DNA of 64,000 nucleotides from Deltaproteobacteria bacterium (lineage in GTDB: Bacteria; Bdellovibrionota_B; Oligoflexia; Oligoflexales; Bog-1112), in contig JACPKR010000072.1 in assembly GCA_016186945.1 (NCBI GenBank), positions 15,143 through 79,142 of the forward strand, given 5' to 3'. The notes below the pieces were generated by a model that did not search any database, had not been told where the DNA came from, and worked only from the letters and a program-made list of their open reading frames with translations. Each line of letters starts with the position of its first letter. Position 1 is the stretch's first letter. This document shows positions 1 to 8,591 of this stretch, one piece after another. The position numbers and the translations under genes are program-made.

Positions 1-481
1 CGAAAAGAAACAAACTGCCGCAGAGACCGACGGTCAAGCTTATTGCCTCGTTTTTGTCGTGTAGCAGGAATGACCAGAGCTTCGGAGCATAATAAGGATT
101 GAGAGGGGGTTCCAGCTCCTTAACGAAGGAGGCGATCTTAACTAGGAATACAAGGTCCTTATGATGAAGGGCAGCATAGTCCCCGTTTTTCATGGGAAAG
201 CTTGTACCAAGGGGTGCCGTCGGGCTTATCTGCGTCGTTTCACCATCGGTGACGACAAGACCTTCGAAAGGTAGAGAAAGAACAAGTTCTGCAGGTTCCT
301 TTTTTTTTGTTTTCAAGAGGAGGATGTTTTTTTTAGGGAAGCCATAGAAGGGGATCGATAGTTCCTTTTTAATGGAGGAAGATACGTAAATTTTTTTTCT
401 ACGAAGAGGCATGGTGATGCTGCTGATCGGTCGCCCGTTTTGCAGAATTTTGACGAATGCATGTAGATCAGTTTGGGCCAT
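1..481 (-). CDS. Partial ORF (runs off window), probable membrane-anchored GltG/AgmX(PglI)-like TonB-type partner of the upstream MotA/ExbD set
   Basis: Hand translation from ATG at 481 is open: MAQTDLHAFVKILQNGRPISSITMPLRRKK...MKNGDYAALHHKDLVFLVKI, ending in a hydrophobic stretch at the window edge. It lies 11 bp downstream of two ExbD-like genes. Family call rests on context and weak motif resemblance. Confidence 0.45.
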   Translation of the reverse strand, partial: MAQTDLHAFVKILQNGRPISSITMPLRRKKIYVSSSIKKELSIPFYGFPKKNILLLKTKKKEPAELVLSLPFEGLVVTDGETTQISPTAPLGTSFPMKNGDYAALHHKDLVFLVKIASFVKELEPPLNPYYAPKLWSFLLHDKNEAISLTVGLCGSLFLF

Positions 482-492
482 ACGCCTGCTAT

Positions 493-1011
493 TCAGGAAA
501 GGGGTTGTTTCGTTTCGAACGCGTAATGGGAGAATCCCAGTTGTGCCAAGAGATAGATGACAGGTCTGACATGTTTATACTTTAAAGAGGAGTCCGCTGA
601 AATAATCACGAGAGGTTCCGAGACCGAAACTCGTTTAGCGAGGGCAGTCGCCAAAAAAATGCTCTTTTGCCTCTCCTTCAAATAATTTCTGAGTTCTCCA
701 AGAGCTTCTGTGGTTTGAGCGTCCACATGCCAATGTAGGACTGTTCTGTCTTCGGTAGTGGCGATCACAAATTCATCTCGTACTGATAAGGAGAACCAGA
801 TGGCTCCCTCGGGTGAGGGTGGACCGGCAAGTTCGATAAGCGTTGCGGGGGATCCCCAGCGGACATTAAGTTTGGGAAGAAGATGGCCGGTCAGAACAAG
901 CAGAAGACCGAAAGCAAGCAGACCGACAAAAGGAAACCAAGTAAAGTCCCGTCCTATTCGTGATTTGATCTCCGCGAGTAGTCGGTAGTGATTACTGTTA
1001 TGCTGCCTCAA
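493..1011 (-). CDS. ExbD/TolR-family protein (AglQ/AglS-like), divergent
   Basis: Single N-terminal TM helix; C-terminal ExbD motif IISADSSLKYKHVRPVI...LGFSHYAF; operon with MotA/ExbB gene. Confidence 0.75.
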   Translation of the reverse strand: MRQHNSNHYRLLAEIKSRIGRDFTWFPFVGLLAFGLLLVLTGHLLPKLNVRWGSPATLIELAGPPSPEGAIWFSLSVRDEFVIATTEDRTVLHWHVDAQTTEALGELRNYLKERQKSIFLATALAKRVSVSEPLVIISADSSLKYKHVRPVIYLLAQLGFSHYAFETKQPLS

Positions 1012-1532
1012 ATCAGACCACCTCCAAGGATGACGGTATCGAAAATCTGAGACGATCGGAGATAGTCCACGACTTTTATGACTTTGGTGATATCGACGTT
1101 TGCTGCGGGTATTAAAATAGCGAGCTTGTGGTCACTTAAGACTGTTCCCATGAGTGCTTTAAGATTTGTTCCCAACTCTTCCAGTTGCGGCTGCTCTTTG
1201 ATGTGGGGGATGTAGAATTTCTGATCTCCGCTTTTCAGGCTTCGACCAAATCCCTCAAGGTTTCCGAAATAGAAAGCGTTTTCGTGGAAGAGTATTGCGA
1301 TACTGGATTCGCTAATGAAATAGGGTGAGTTGGCTGCTTCAATGTTTTCTTCTGTTACGAGGGATGGGATATAAAGTTCAGTGCGAGACAGATTCCACCT
1401 TAGTGTTGCTATGCGGAATCCATAGGTGAAAATGATAAATATGCTCAAAAGCGCAAGTACCCCTATTTGGAGATAGACTTGCTCTTTAGATAATTTCTTC
1501 TTCGTCTTTAATATCCTCAACTGAGCTGTCAT
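1008..1532 (-). CDS. ExbD/TolR-like protein, divergent
   Basis: Basic N-terminus, one TM, C-terminal AILIPAANVDITKVIKVVDYL resembling the ExbD end; lies between ExbB-like and ExbD-like genes. Confidence 0.6.
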   Translation of the reverse strand: MTAQLRILKTKKKLSKEQVYLQIGVLALLSIFIIFTYGFRIATLRWNLSRTELYIPSLVTEENIEAANSPYFISESSIAILFHENAFYFGNLEGFGRSLKSGDQKFYIPHIKEQPQLEELGTNLKALMGTVLSDHKLAILIPAANVDITKVIKVVDYLRSSQIFDTVILGGGLI

Positions 1533-2295
1533 CAAAGACTTCCTCTGCGGGTGGAGCTTTCTCCTTTTCCTCCTTCGCCGGCTGCTGACTTACTTCTTCC
1601 TGGGACTCTTCCTCAGCTGCGGGAGGCGTCATTCCTCCCATAGGCGCCATCGGAGCACCCATATAGGCGACCTCAGGAGGAGCGAGCAAATTTTGAAGGA
1701 CCGTGATCCCGTACTGCATCTTATCAAGCAATTTTATCGCCATGTTTTTTGCGATCTGATGGCCGAATATAATCAGCATGGCGCCAAACAAGCCCAGGGC
1801 CGTGGGATTGAGGGCCCCTGCAATACCCAGGGCTAAAGAAGATTGCTTCTTTGCGGTATCGAGTACGTCAATGCTATGGAATGCAATCCAGAGCGAGTCG
1901 ATTGTGCCCAGTACGCCTATCAGGAGGACCAATGTTGCTAGAGGGGGGAGTACGTTAATTCGAGCCTCGATACGTGGGAGAAATTCAAAGGAGTGTTCTT
2001 CAATTGCGCCCCGAACAGAACTTGGGTCAACGTCTCTTGCTTCCAAGGCGGAAAGCGCAATTCTTGGCAGGGATGTTTTCGAAACGGTTCTGCAAAACGT
2101 CATCGCTCGGTCAAGGTCTCTTGACGCCACCATCTTGCGAAGTGTGTTTAGGAAAGCAGAAAAATCAATGGAGTAGACAAAGTAGAGAGCAACAATTCGT
2201 TCAAAAATAATGGTCGTTGCGATGAAGGCAATGACTATCACCGACCACAGGTATACGTTTCCGCTTTGAAAGTCGGAAGCAAGTTCTCCCCACAT
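1486..2295 (-). CDS. MotA/TolQ/ExbB proton-channel family protein (AglR-like) with acidic C-terminal tail
   Basis: IIFERIVAL in TM1; LLIGVLGTI and GIAGALNPTALGL in TM2/TM3; cytoplasmic DLDRAMTFC segment resembles AglR. Confidence 0.85.
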   Translation of the reverse strand: MWGELASDFQSGNVYLWSVIVIAFIATTIIFERIVALYFVYSIDFSAFLNTLRKMVASRDLDRAMTFCRTVSKTSLPRIALSALEARDVDPSSVRGAIEEHSFEFLPRIEARINVLPPLATLVLLIGVLGTIDSLWIAFHSIDVLDTAKKQSSLALGIAGALNPTALGLFGAMLIIFGHQIAKNMAIKLLDKMQYGITVLQNLLAPPEVAYMGAPMAPMGGMTPPAAEEESQEEVSQQPAKEEKEKAPPAEEVFDDSSVEDIKDEEEII

Positions 2296-2309
2296 CGGAT
2301 TGGTTTCCC

Positions 2310-2425
2310 TTCCCCTAGCCCCTTTTCAAAAACTTCAATATCTAAAGTTTTTTGGGGGGAGGCGTGGAGGGGAACTTTTTTTCAAAAAAGGTCCTCTCCA
2401 CAAATTCTTTTTCCCAAATACTATA
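2310..2425 (-). repeat. Dispersed REPIN/MITE-like repeat, copy 1 (inverted relative to the other copies)
   Basis: Reverse complement of the 34179 copy with about 2 substitutions over 116 bp. Confidence 0.95.
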
Positions 2426-2462
2426 TTATTATAGCGGAAATTAGAGCATTATAAAATTGCTT

Positions 2463-3953
2463 CTATGAAGTGCGCCCCTCATTCGGTTTTGTTTTTTTTC
2501 TAATTGTATCAGTTCTCTGTGTAATCTTTCCACTATCCCAGGCTCGAAGGAAGGCTTTAAATACATGAGGATCAAAGAGTTCCGATTCATTTTTTAGTTT
2601 TTTAACTGCATCAGCAGCGGTCATAAACCCAACATACGGGCGTCCGGATATCATTGCATCGTAGGAATCTGCGAGAGCTATGATTCGAGCAAAAAACGGG
2701 ATATCCTCACCTGAAAGGCCATCGGGGTATCCGGTACCATTCCATCTTTCATGATGGTGCGCGATCCCTGGGACGATCTTTTCGAAGAGGGGTAGCGGTG
2801 ACAGAATTCCGGAGCCGATCACGGGGTGCAGCTTCATTTCTTCAAATTCTTCAGCATTCAGCAGGATTCCTTTTTTCAGAATAGCATCAGGAATGCCAAC
2901 CTTTCCAATATCGTGAAAGCGAGCGGATATCATTAGGATTCTTGTCGTTTCTAAGTCGAGTTTCAACTCTTCCGCTATGACTTGGGCATAAAGGCAGACA
3001 CGTTCCGAATGTCCAATCGTGTAGGCATCCTTTGCTTCGATCATCGCAACGATTGTTTCCATGACTCCCAGGAGTAGTTCTTCCCATTCACTTTGAAGAA
3101 TGATCGTCTGAAAGTGGGGAGCCGCTAAAGCGACGATTTCCTGGAAAACCTGTGAGGACTTGGAGGGGTCTCGTGCATTCATGGAATTGCATTGGAAGGC
3201 GAGGATGGGTGCTCCCCCGTGGGCCATAGGCAGAAAAGTAGAGTGAGAGTGCGTCTTCGCTTCCCTGCGAGAACACATGACGCCTCGCTTAAGGGCAATC
3301 GCCCGGCTCAGCCCTTTTTCCTGAATGACGATGGGTGTCTTGCTTTTGGAAAACTTTTTGGAATACACAGGGACAAGTCTATGTGAGTTAGCCTCAAGTA
3401 AAAAGACAGCGGCGCTTTCTATGGCTGGTTCAATCATTTTGAAAACGGAGCATGTAAGCTGGGCGCCCGATGCGAGGCTTCTGGTCTTGATAAGGTCTCT
3501 CAGGAAATTCAGCAAGATCGCTACCTGTTGTTGTGAAAGACTCATCCTTTTGTGCGAGGAAACTTTTGTGAACTTTGTCTTTTTCTGATCTGTGCTCACT
3601 TCGGAATCAAAGTGGATAGGGATGTGTTCAAGGGATGACCGGGCAATTTCCACAGCGAAGGGAGCCTGGAAAAGAAGCTTAAAATCTCCAATTGTGATTT
3701 GGTCGCCGCTTTTCAATATGGAATTGACGACTTCTTTGTTGTTTATATAACATTTGTGTTTTGTCTCGATATCTTCAAGGATGTAAAGATTGCCCTTTCT
3801 TTTGATGCGCAGGTTGTATGGTGAGATGGAATTGCCGGGCAATTGAACGAAATTCTCAAGATCGCTGCCGATTCCGACAGGGAACTCGGTCAAATTGTAT
3901 ACTTTCCCAACATCAGGGCCCTGGACGATCTTGATGCTGGCGTTGTTTTCCAT
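2463..3953 (-). CDS. FHA-GAF-HD-GYP cyclic dinucleotide phosphodiesterase
   Basis: N-terminal FHA-like domain (…INNKEV…LKSGDQITIGDFKL); AKDAYTIGHSERV, HDIGK and HHERWNGTGYP motifs intact. Confidence 0.9.
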   Translation of the reverse strand: MENNASIKIVQGPDVGKVYNLTEFPVGIGSDLENFVQLPGNSISPYNLRIKRKGNLYILEDIETKHKCYINNKEVVNSILKSGDQITIGDFKLLFQAPFAVEIARSSLEHIPIHFDSEVSTDQKKTKFTKVSSHKRMSLSQQQVAILLNFLRDLIKTRSLASGAQLTCSVFKMIEPAIESAAVFLLEANSHRLVPVYSKKFSKSKTPIVIQEKGLSRAIALKRGVMCSRREAKTHSHSTFLPMAHGGAPILAFQCNSMNARDPSKSSQVFQEIVALAAPHFQTIILQSEWEELLLGVMETIVAMIEAKDAYTIGHSERVCLYAQVIAEELKLDLETTRILMISARFHDIGKVGIPDAILKKGILLNAEEFEEMKLHPVIGSGILSPLPLFEKIVPGIAHHHERWNGTGYPDGLSGEDIPFFARIIALADSYDAMISGRPYVGFMTAADAVKKLKNESELFDPHVFKAFLRAWDSGKITQRTDTIRKKTKPNEGRTS

Positions 3954-3992
3954 AGAATCATGATAACATCTCTTCGAGAAGAGGGGGTAAAG

Positions 3993-4538
3993 GTGGAAAC
4001 TTGGAATGAGCTAGACACAAAACTATTCGAATTTTTGAATAGTGCCGATCTCGGTCCTGTGTTGACCGATATGATGGTGTTTTTGAGCAATCGTGAGCTT
4101 TGGTTCATTATTGTAGGGGGGTATTTTCTTGTAGGTTTTTTTAGGGAACGTATGGCGTTTTTAAAAATTGCGGTAGCTTTGACCTCTGTCGTAATAGTGA
4201 CAGACTGGGTTAGTTATCGCTTGATCAAGCAAAGTGTAGGTAGGATGCGTCCCTGTCATGTTTTGGAAAATGTTCGACTGGTCGCTGAAGGTTGTGGGGG
4301 CGATCTTAGTTTTCCTTCGAATCATGCTGCTAACGGGATGGCCTTCATTGTGCTCCTGTGGCTCATCAAACGCAAAGTTGTCTATCTATGGTTGCTGTTT
4401 CCTGTGCTTGCAGTGGGTTACTCGCGAATTGTTCTCGGAGTCCATTATCCGTTTGATGTGCTAGGAGGCTTTGTTGTGGGAGCTTTCTTTGCAGGTCTGT
4501 TTTACGGAGTCGGGAAGGCCATCAAAGTGTTCCACTGA
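3993..4538 (+). CDS. PAP2-family phosphatase
   Basis: KQSVGRMRP, SFPSNH and SRIVLGVHYPFD motifs; GTG start at 3993 preceded by GAGGGG. Confidence 0.9.
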   Translation: METWNELDTKLFEFLNSADLGPVLTDMMVFLSNRELWFIIVGGYFLVGFFRERMAFLKIAVALTSVVIVTDWVSYRLIKQSVGRMRPCHVLENVRLVAEGCGGDLSFPSNHAANGMAFIVLLWLIKRKVVYLWLLFPVLAVGYSRIVLGVHYPFDVLGGFVVGAFFAGLFYGVGKAIKVFH

Positions 4539-7173
4539 TATCGAAGAGTATTCTTGGCGTTCGTGAAACATCTCCATAGTATTCTGTGTAGAATACGCTG
4601 GTCACGGAAAATTGAGAGAGAATTAGGGTGCCAGCTCCGATCACGTCACCACCAAGGGGCAGGATGAGACTTGTTCCCGCAGCTCTCATCCTTGTCAGAG
4701 GGTCCCAAGGCTCCGCATAACCGATGTCGTAAAATAGTTTGAACTTCATTTTTCTCACCAGGAAAATGCTGTCAGGAATAAAGACAATGGGAAAGGGAGT
4801 GAGAAGTTCAAGAGATGCCGCGTTTACATTTCGTTCTGGCGCTAGATGGGCGCTATCAATCCTTAGTCCGGCTTCGTTTAGGTCATTCACACGGAAGAGC
4901 GTATAAGCGGGAACGCCGTCGGGTGCAAAAAGGCGCCCCGCAAACAGACGTAAGTTCGTTTGCAGTTCGGGGACTGGCTTGCACGTGAGAGAAGGGTTGA
5001 TCAGGATTCGCTGATAAGGTGCGGCAGCTTCGGTAAGGCGTAAAGAAGATTCTGAGGATGTGAGCAAGGAATGCGAGCAGTTTCCTATTAGGTCAACATT
5101 GGGAATATTGAATCCTACGGTGACGGACTGATAAGCGGTGTTTTCTTGTCCCACGATTCTACGCTGGCTCAGTTTAGCAAGTAGTTGAAAAGACTGGTCT
5201 CTCCATTCCAGCTCTCGTTGCAGACCTGTCGATGTTATCTGATCTCCAAAATAGTTAAGGGAATGATCAATCTTCAGCTGGGACTGCAAGAGAGGTAGTT
5301 TTTTTTGAAACTCAAGGTGATAGGCGCTTGTTCCTTCCTCTGGTTTTCCCTCTAACTTCATGTGCAACCAACTGTGTACATATCGAAACGTGCCCGCTCG
5401 CAAACCCACCGAAGTCTGCTCGCCAGGGGAACGCAGGGCAAAGGGCATCCAGACGGTTGTGTATTTTTCATCCGAAAATGTTCGCCCTGGACCTGGGATG
5501 ACTTCCATCGCAGGAGTCTGTGTGGAGTTGTTAAATCGATCGACATCGAAAATCTTGTTTTGAGGGTCGACTTTTACATAGAGCGGCTCAAAATCGGAAA
5601 GAAACTCAACTCGGGACCTAGATTGCCTGTCGGGCAAAATCCCCGTTTGGATTTTCTGTTGCTGGCCGTTTTTGCCAAACACACCGATAGGAAAGGAAAG
5701 ATCGCTTTCATTGTTAAATTGAAGGGCTGTGAGCCAGTGATGCTCGTCAATGGCTGTTGTTTTGACATCAAGAATAGAGGCGTTGAGCCAGTCCTTTGAC
5801 ACCCACCAACGAGTTAGGGCTTTGCTAACTTCACGGTCCGCGAGTCGTTGTCGAGCGAAACGCTCTAGTGTATCGTGAAACTCCTTGGGATTGAGCGAAT
5901 GAAGGATGTGATGCTGTGTCAATTCCCGGGTGAAAGCAAAGAAATGCTCGTCTCCCATAAGTGTTTTCAAGTATCTCAGTGCCAGTGCATGTTTTATGTA
6001 CGCTAATTTGTGTGTAGAAATGGATTCTAGGCTCGTGTTGGTAAGTCTAAGAAAGGGGTGATCTCGGTAAAGCAGTTGCGCTGTAAGATTCTGATACTGA
6101 AGATAGGTAAAATCGAGAAACGAATAGCCATGATCCCATGTGTTGAAAAGGTTAGACCTCCGAGGAGACTGCGATGTGGAGAGAAGGGTTGCAAATTCAA
6201 TCATCCCTTCAATAAGCCAGGCGTCAGAGGGACTAGCCGCGTCTATAGCATTCCCATACCACTGGTGGGCCAACATGGACGAAAGGATCCAGTACTTCCA
6301 ATTGAGAACATCGTTCTGAAGGCTTTCGAAGATTTTCTGCCTTGGCCGGTTGAGAATCAAAAGACCGGGACGGCTCAGCGTCGGAAGGGACACCGACTCA
6401 ATCAAAGTCAGGGAGGGGAATGGGTAAGGTCCAAAAAGGTCAATATGTGAAGTCAGGAATCGGGAGAGGGTGGCAAAAACCTCCGGCTCTTGCCCTTGTG
6501 TGTAAAGTTTTGTAGGGATCGGCTCCTTGTATTCTTTGGAAGTGTAGTTGATTTTTGTAAGGATGAACGATAGGTGTCCGGCACCGAATATGGACGCTTC
6601 CAGATGCCCGGGCTTGGTCCTTACGCTATGGGCGGACAGGGCCTGCCAAGTGATGGGCGTTTTTAGAACAAGTTTCTGAGCGTTGGGCCTTGTGATGGGC
6701 GATGACGGGGATGCACAGTCGTCCTTTAAGTATGGGTAGAAATGCTCGATGAACCACTCGTCTCTTGCCGCGGGAACCAAGCTTGTTTCAAAGAGAAGCG
6801 TAGCCTGCTCTTGGGCATGTTTGAATTCTATTCGAACAAGTGAGCGACCGATGGGAACCACTCTGTACGAAGGATCCTCAAAGATCCTAGTGGTCCCTTT
6901 GTTTGTGTTTCCTTCAATACTTTTCTCGATGTCTTTGAGTCGAGTGGGAATGTAGTGCTTCGTTGAGAAACTCGGGTCGTTGAGGGGAAGGAAAACGCAG
7001 AGTGTGTCAGTAGGCGAATCAAGTTGAATATGGAGAGACCCGGATATTTTCGAGGGCTGGCCGTTGTTGTCTTCTGTCAACTGTACGGTCAGGGCTATTT
7101 TCCCGCCGGAACTCGCACCGCACAGGGGTTTTGTTAAAAAAACCAGTATTAGAAATGTGAATGTGTGTTTCAT
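4522..7173 (-). CDS. Secreted M1-aminopeptidase-like protein (degenerate zinc motif) fused to a putative C-terminal outer-membrane beta-barrel
   Basis: Signal peptide; FGPYPF and SSMLAHQWYGN…AWLIEG in place of HEXXH(18)E; VDPQNKIFDVDRFNN; amphipathic beta-strand C-terminal third. Confidence 0.65.
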   Translation of the reverse strand: MKHTFTFLILVFLTKPLCGASSGGKIALTVQLTEDNNGQPSKISGSLHIQLDSPTDTLCVFLPLNDPSFSTKHYIPTRLKDIEKSIEGNTNKGTTRIFEDPSYRVVPIGRSLVRIEFKHAQEQATLLFETSLVPAARDEWFIEHFYPYLKDDCASPSSPITRPNAQKLVLKTPITWQALSAHSVRTKPGHLEASIFGAGHLSFILTKINYTSKEYKEPIPTKLYTQGQEPEVFATLSRFLTSHIDLFGPYPFPSLTLIESVSLPTLSRPGLLILNRPRQKIFESLQNDVLNWKYWILSSMLAHQWYGNAIDAASPSDAWLIEGMIEFATLLSTSQSPRRSNLFNTWDHGYSFLDFTYLQYQNLTAQLLYRDHPFLRLTNTSLESISTHKLAYIKHALALRYLKTLMGDEHFFAFTRELTQHHILHSLNPKEFHDTLERFARQRLADREVSKALTRWWVSKDWLNASILDVKTTAIDEHHWLTALQFNNESDLSFPIGVFGKNGQQQKIQTGILPDRQSRSRVEFLSDFEPLYVKVDPQNKIFDVDRFNNSTQTPAMEVIPGPGRTFSDEKYTTVWMPFALRSPGEQTSVGLRAGTFRYVHSWLHMKLEGKPEEGTSAYHLEFQKKLPLLQSQLKIDHSLNYFGDQITSTGLQRELEWRDQSFQLLAKLSQRRIVGQENTAYQSVTVGFNIPNVDLIGNCSHSLLTSSESSLRLTEAAAPYQRILINPSLTCKPVPELQTNLRLFAGRLFAPDGVPAYTLFRVNDLNEAGLRIDSAHLAPERNVNAASLELLTPFPIVFIPDSIFLVRKMKFKLFYDIGYAEPWDPLTRMRAAGTSLILPLGGDVIGAGTLILSQFSVTSVFYTEYYGDVSRTPRILFDISGTL

Positions 7174-7282
7174 TGTGCCTAGTTGTGTATTGCTAATAGA
7201 AACATTATTTCATACAAGGATTTAATAGTAGAGGGCTTGTGGAAAGTTCCCTGATTTTAGAAGGGATTATGCGGAGTTGTAA

Positions 7283-8536
7283 ATGTTTCAGCATGCAGTG
7301 CCCAAGCGCGTTAGGGTCCTCGTTTTAGGCGGAGGTATTCATGGGGTGGGGGTCCTTCACGACCTTGTCAGCAGGGGCTGGAAGGATGTGCATCTTATTG
7401 AGAAAGCTGGCTTGGCAAATGGAACGAGTTCGCGATCGACGAAATTAATCCATGGTGGGTTGCGCTACCTCAAGCGGATAAGTCAATTTGGGATGGTCTC
7501 CGAATCATTGCAGGAACGGAACTTTCTGCTTAAAGCGGTACCCGACATTGTTTATCCTGTTGAACTTATACTTCCCATAGAGCGGGGGCACTTGATCAAC
7601 TCATTTATGATGCGCGCCGGACTTTCTCTTTACGATTTCCTGTCTGGTAAATACGGTATCCATAAGCACCAGACTTTGTCTGATGACGAAGCGAGACAAA
7701 AGGCCCCCATTTTGGCGACGGACAAATTCTCCCACTTTTTCTCTTTCTGGGATGCACAGACGGATGACTTGGCCCTTGTACGACGCATTGCTTTTTCGGC
7801 CGTGGAACTGGGGGCGGGTGTGACCGAACAGTGTCGGGTCTTGTCGCTTAAGCATGATGCGGATGGTTGGCTTGCGGAAGTCGAGAACCGCGATGGGCAG
7901 ACGAATGTGATCAGTGCCCTCTATGTTGTTAATTGCCTGGGACCTTGGGCAAACGATTTCTTGGAAGCAAGTAAAATTCGACCCGAAGTCAGGGGAGTAA
8001 AGGACAAAGGATCCCATCTTATTATCAGGGACTTGGGATTGAAAGCGGGTATGTTTCTTGAGGTTCCCGGGGATAAGAGAATAATGTTTGTCCTCCCGTG
8101 GCAGGGAGTCACACTGTTAGGAACCACCGAGGAGTCGTTCGAAAGCAGGCCTGATGAAGTTCGTGCCAGTGACAGCGAGATGGACTATCTCCTGATGGCG
8201 GCCAATTTCTACCTGAAGGAACCTCTGACACGCAAAGATATCCAAGCTACATTTGCGGGTGTGCGGTGGATGGTGGCTGAAGAGGGGAGCGACCTGTCAT
8301 CTACCTCACGGGAATCGGCGTTAGGTGAGCACGTATCCAACCGAGGTTTGTTGATCACAGTCTACGGGGGGAAGCTGACAAGTTACCGGCTTCTTGCTGA
8401 AAAAATAGGGGATCGCATCACTCATCACTTTGGACAGTTTCAAGCCACGGGCACGAAGGATCTTTCAGCATGGGCGAAAAAAGCTGACTCTGCAATCCCG
8501 GGGGCGCTTGAGCGCTTTCTCTCTACGGATTGCTGA
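7283..8536 (+). CDS. glpD: FAD-dependent glycerol-3-phosphate dehydrogenase
   Basis: GGGIHG, GTSSRSTKLIHGGLRYL, KGSHL and GGKLTSYR motifs. Confidence 0.85.
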   Translation: MFQHAVPKRVRVLVLGGGIHGVGVLHDLVSRGWKDVHLIEKAGLANGTSSRSTKLIHGGLRYLKRISQFGMVSESLQERNFLLKAVPDIVYPVELILPIERGHLINSFMMRAGLSLYDFLSGKYGIHKHQTLSDDEARQKAPILATDKFSHFFSFWDAQTDDLALVRRIAFSAVELGAGVTEQCRVLSLKHDADGWLAEVENRDGQTNVISALYVVNCLGPWANDFLEASKIRPEVRGVKDKGSHLIIRDLGLKAGMFLEVPGDKRIMFVLPWQGVTLLGTTEESFESRPDEVRASDSEMDYLLMAANFYLKEPLTRKDIQATFAGVRWMVAEEGSDLSSTSRESALGEHVSNRGLLITVYGGKLTSYRLLAEKIGDRITHHFGQFQATGTKDLSAWAKKADSAIPGALERFLSTDC

Positions 8537-8591
8537 AGTATAACCGAAGCCACTGCGTCCCACTCGGGGTTGAACATTTGAGAGGTCAGAC

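Noticed and set aside
2266-2454. Short ORFs at 2266-2454, 14283-14606, 34147-34383 and 34259-34483 sharing peptide (FSKTSISKVFWGE…)
   Set aside because: They are translations of the dispersed repeat, not genes
3843-3992. N-terminal extension of the PAP2 ORF
   Set aside because: It overlaps the divergent HD-GYP gene; GTG 3993 has a good RBS
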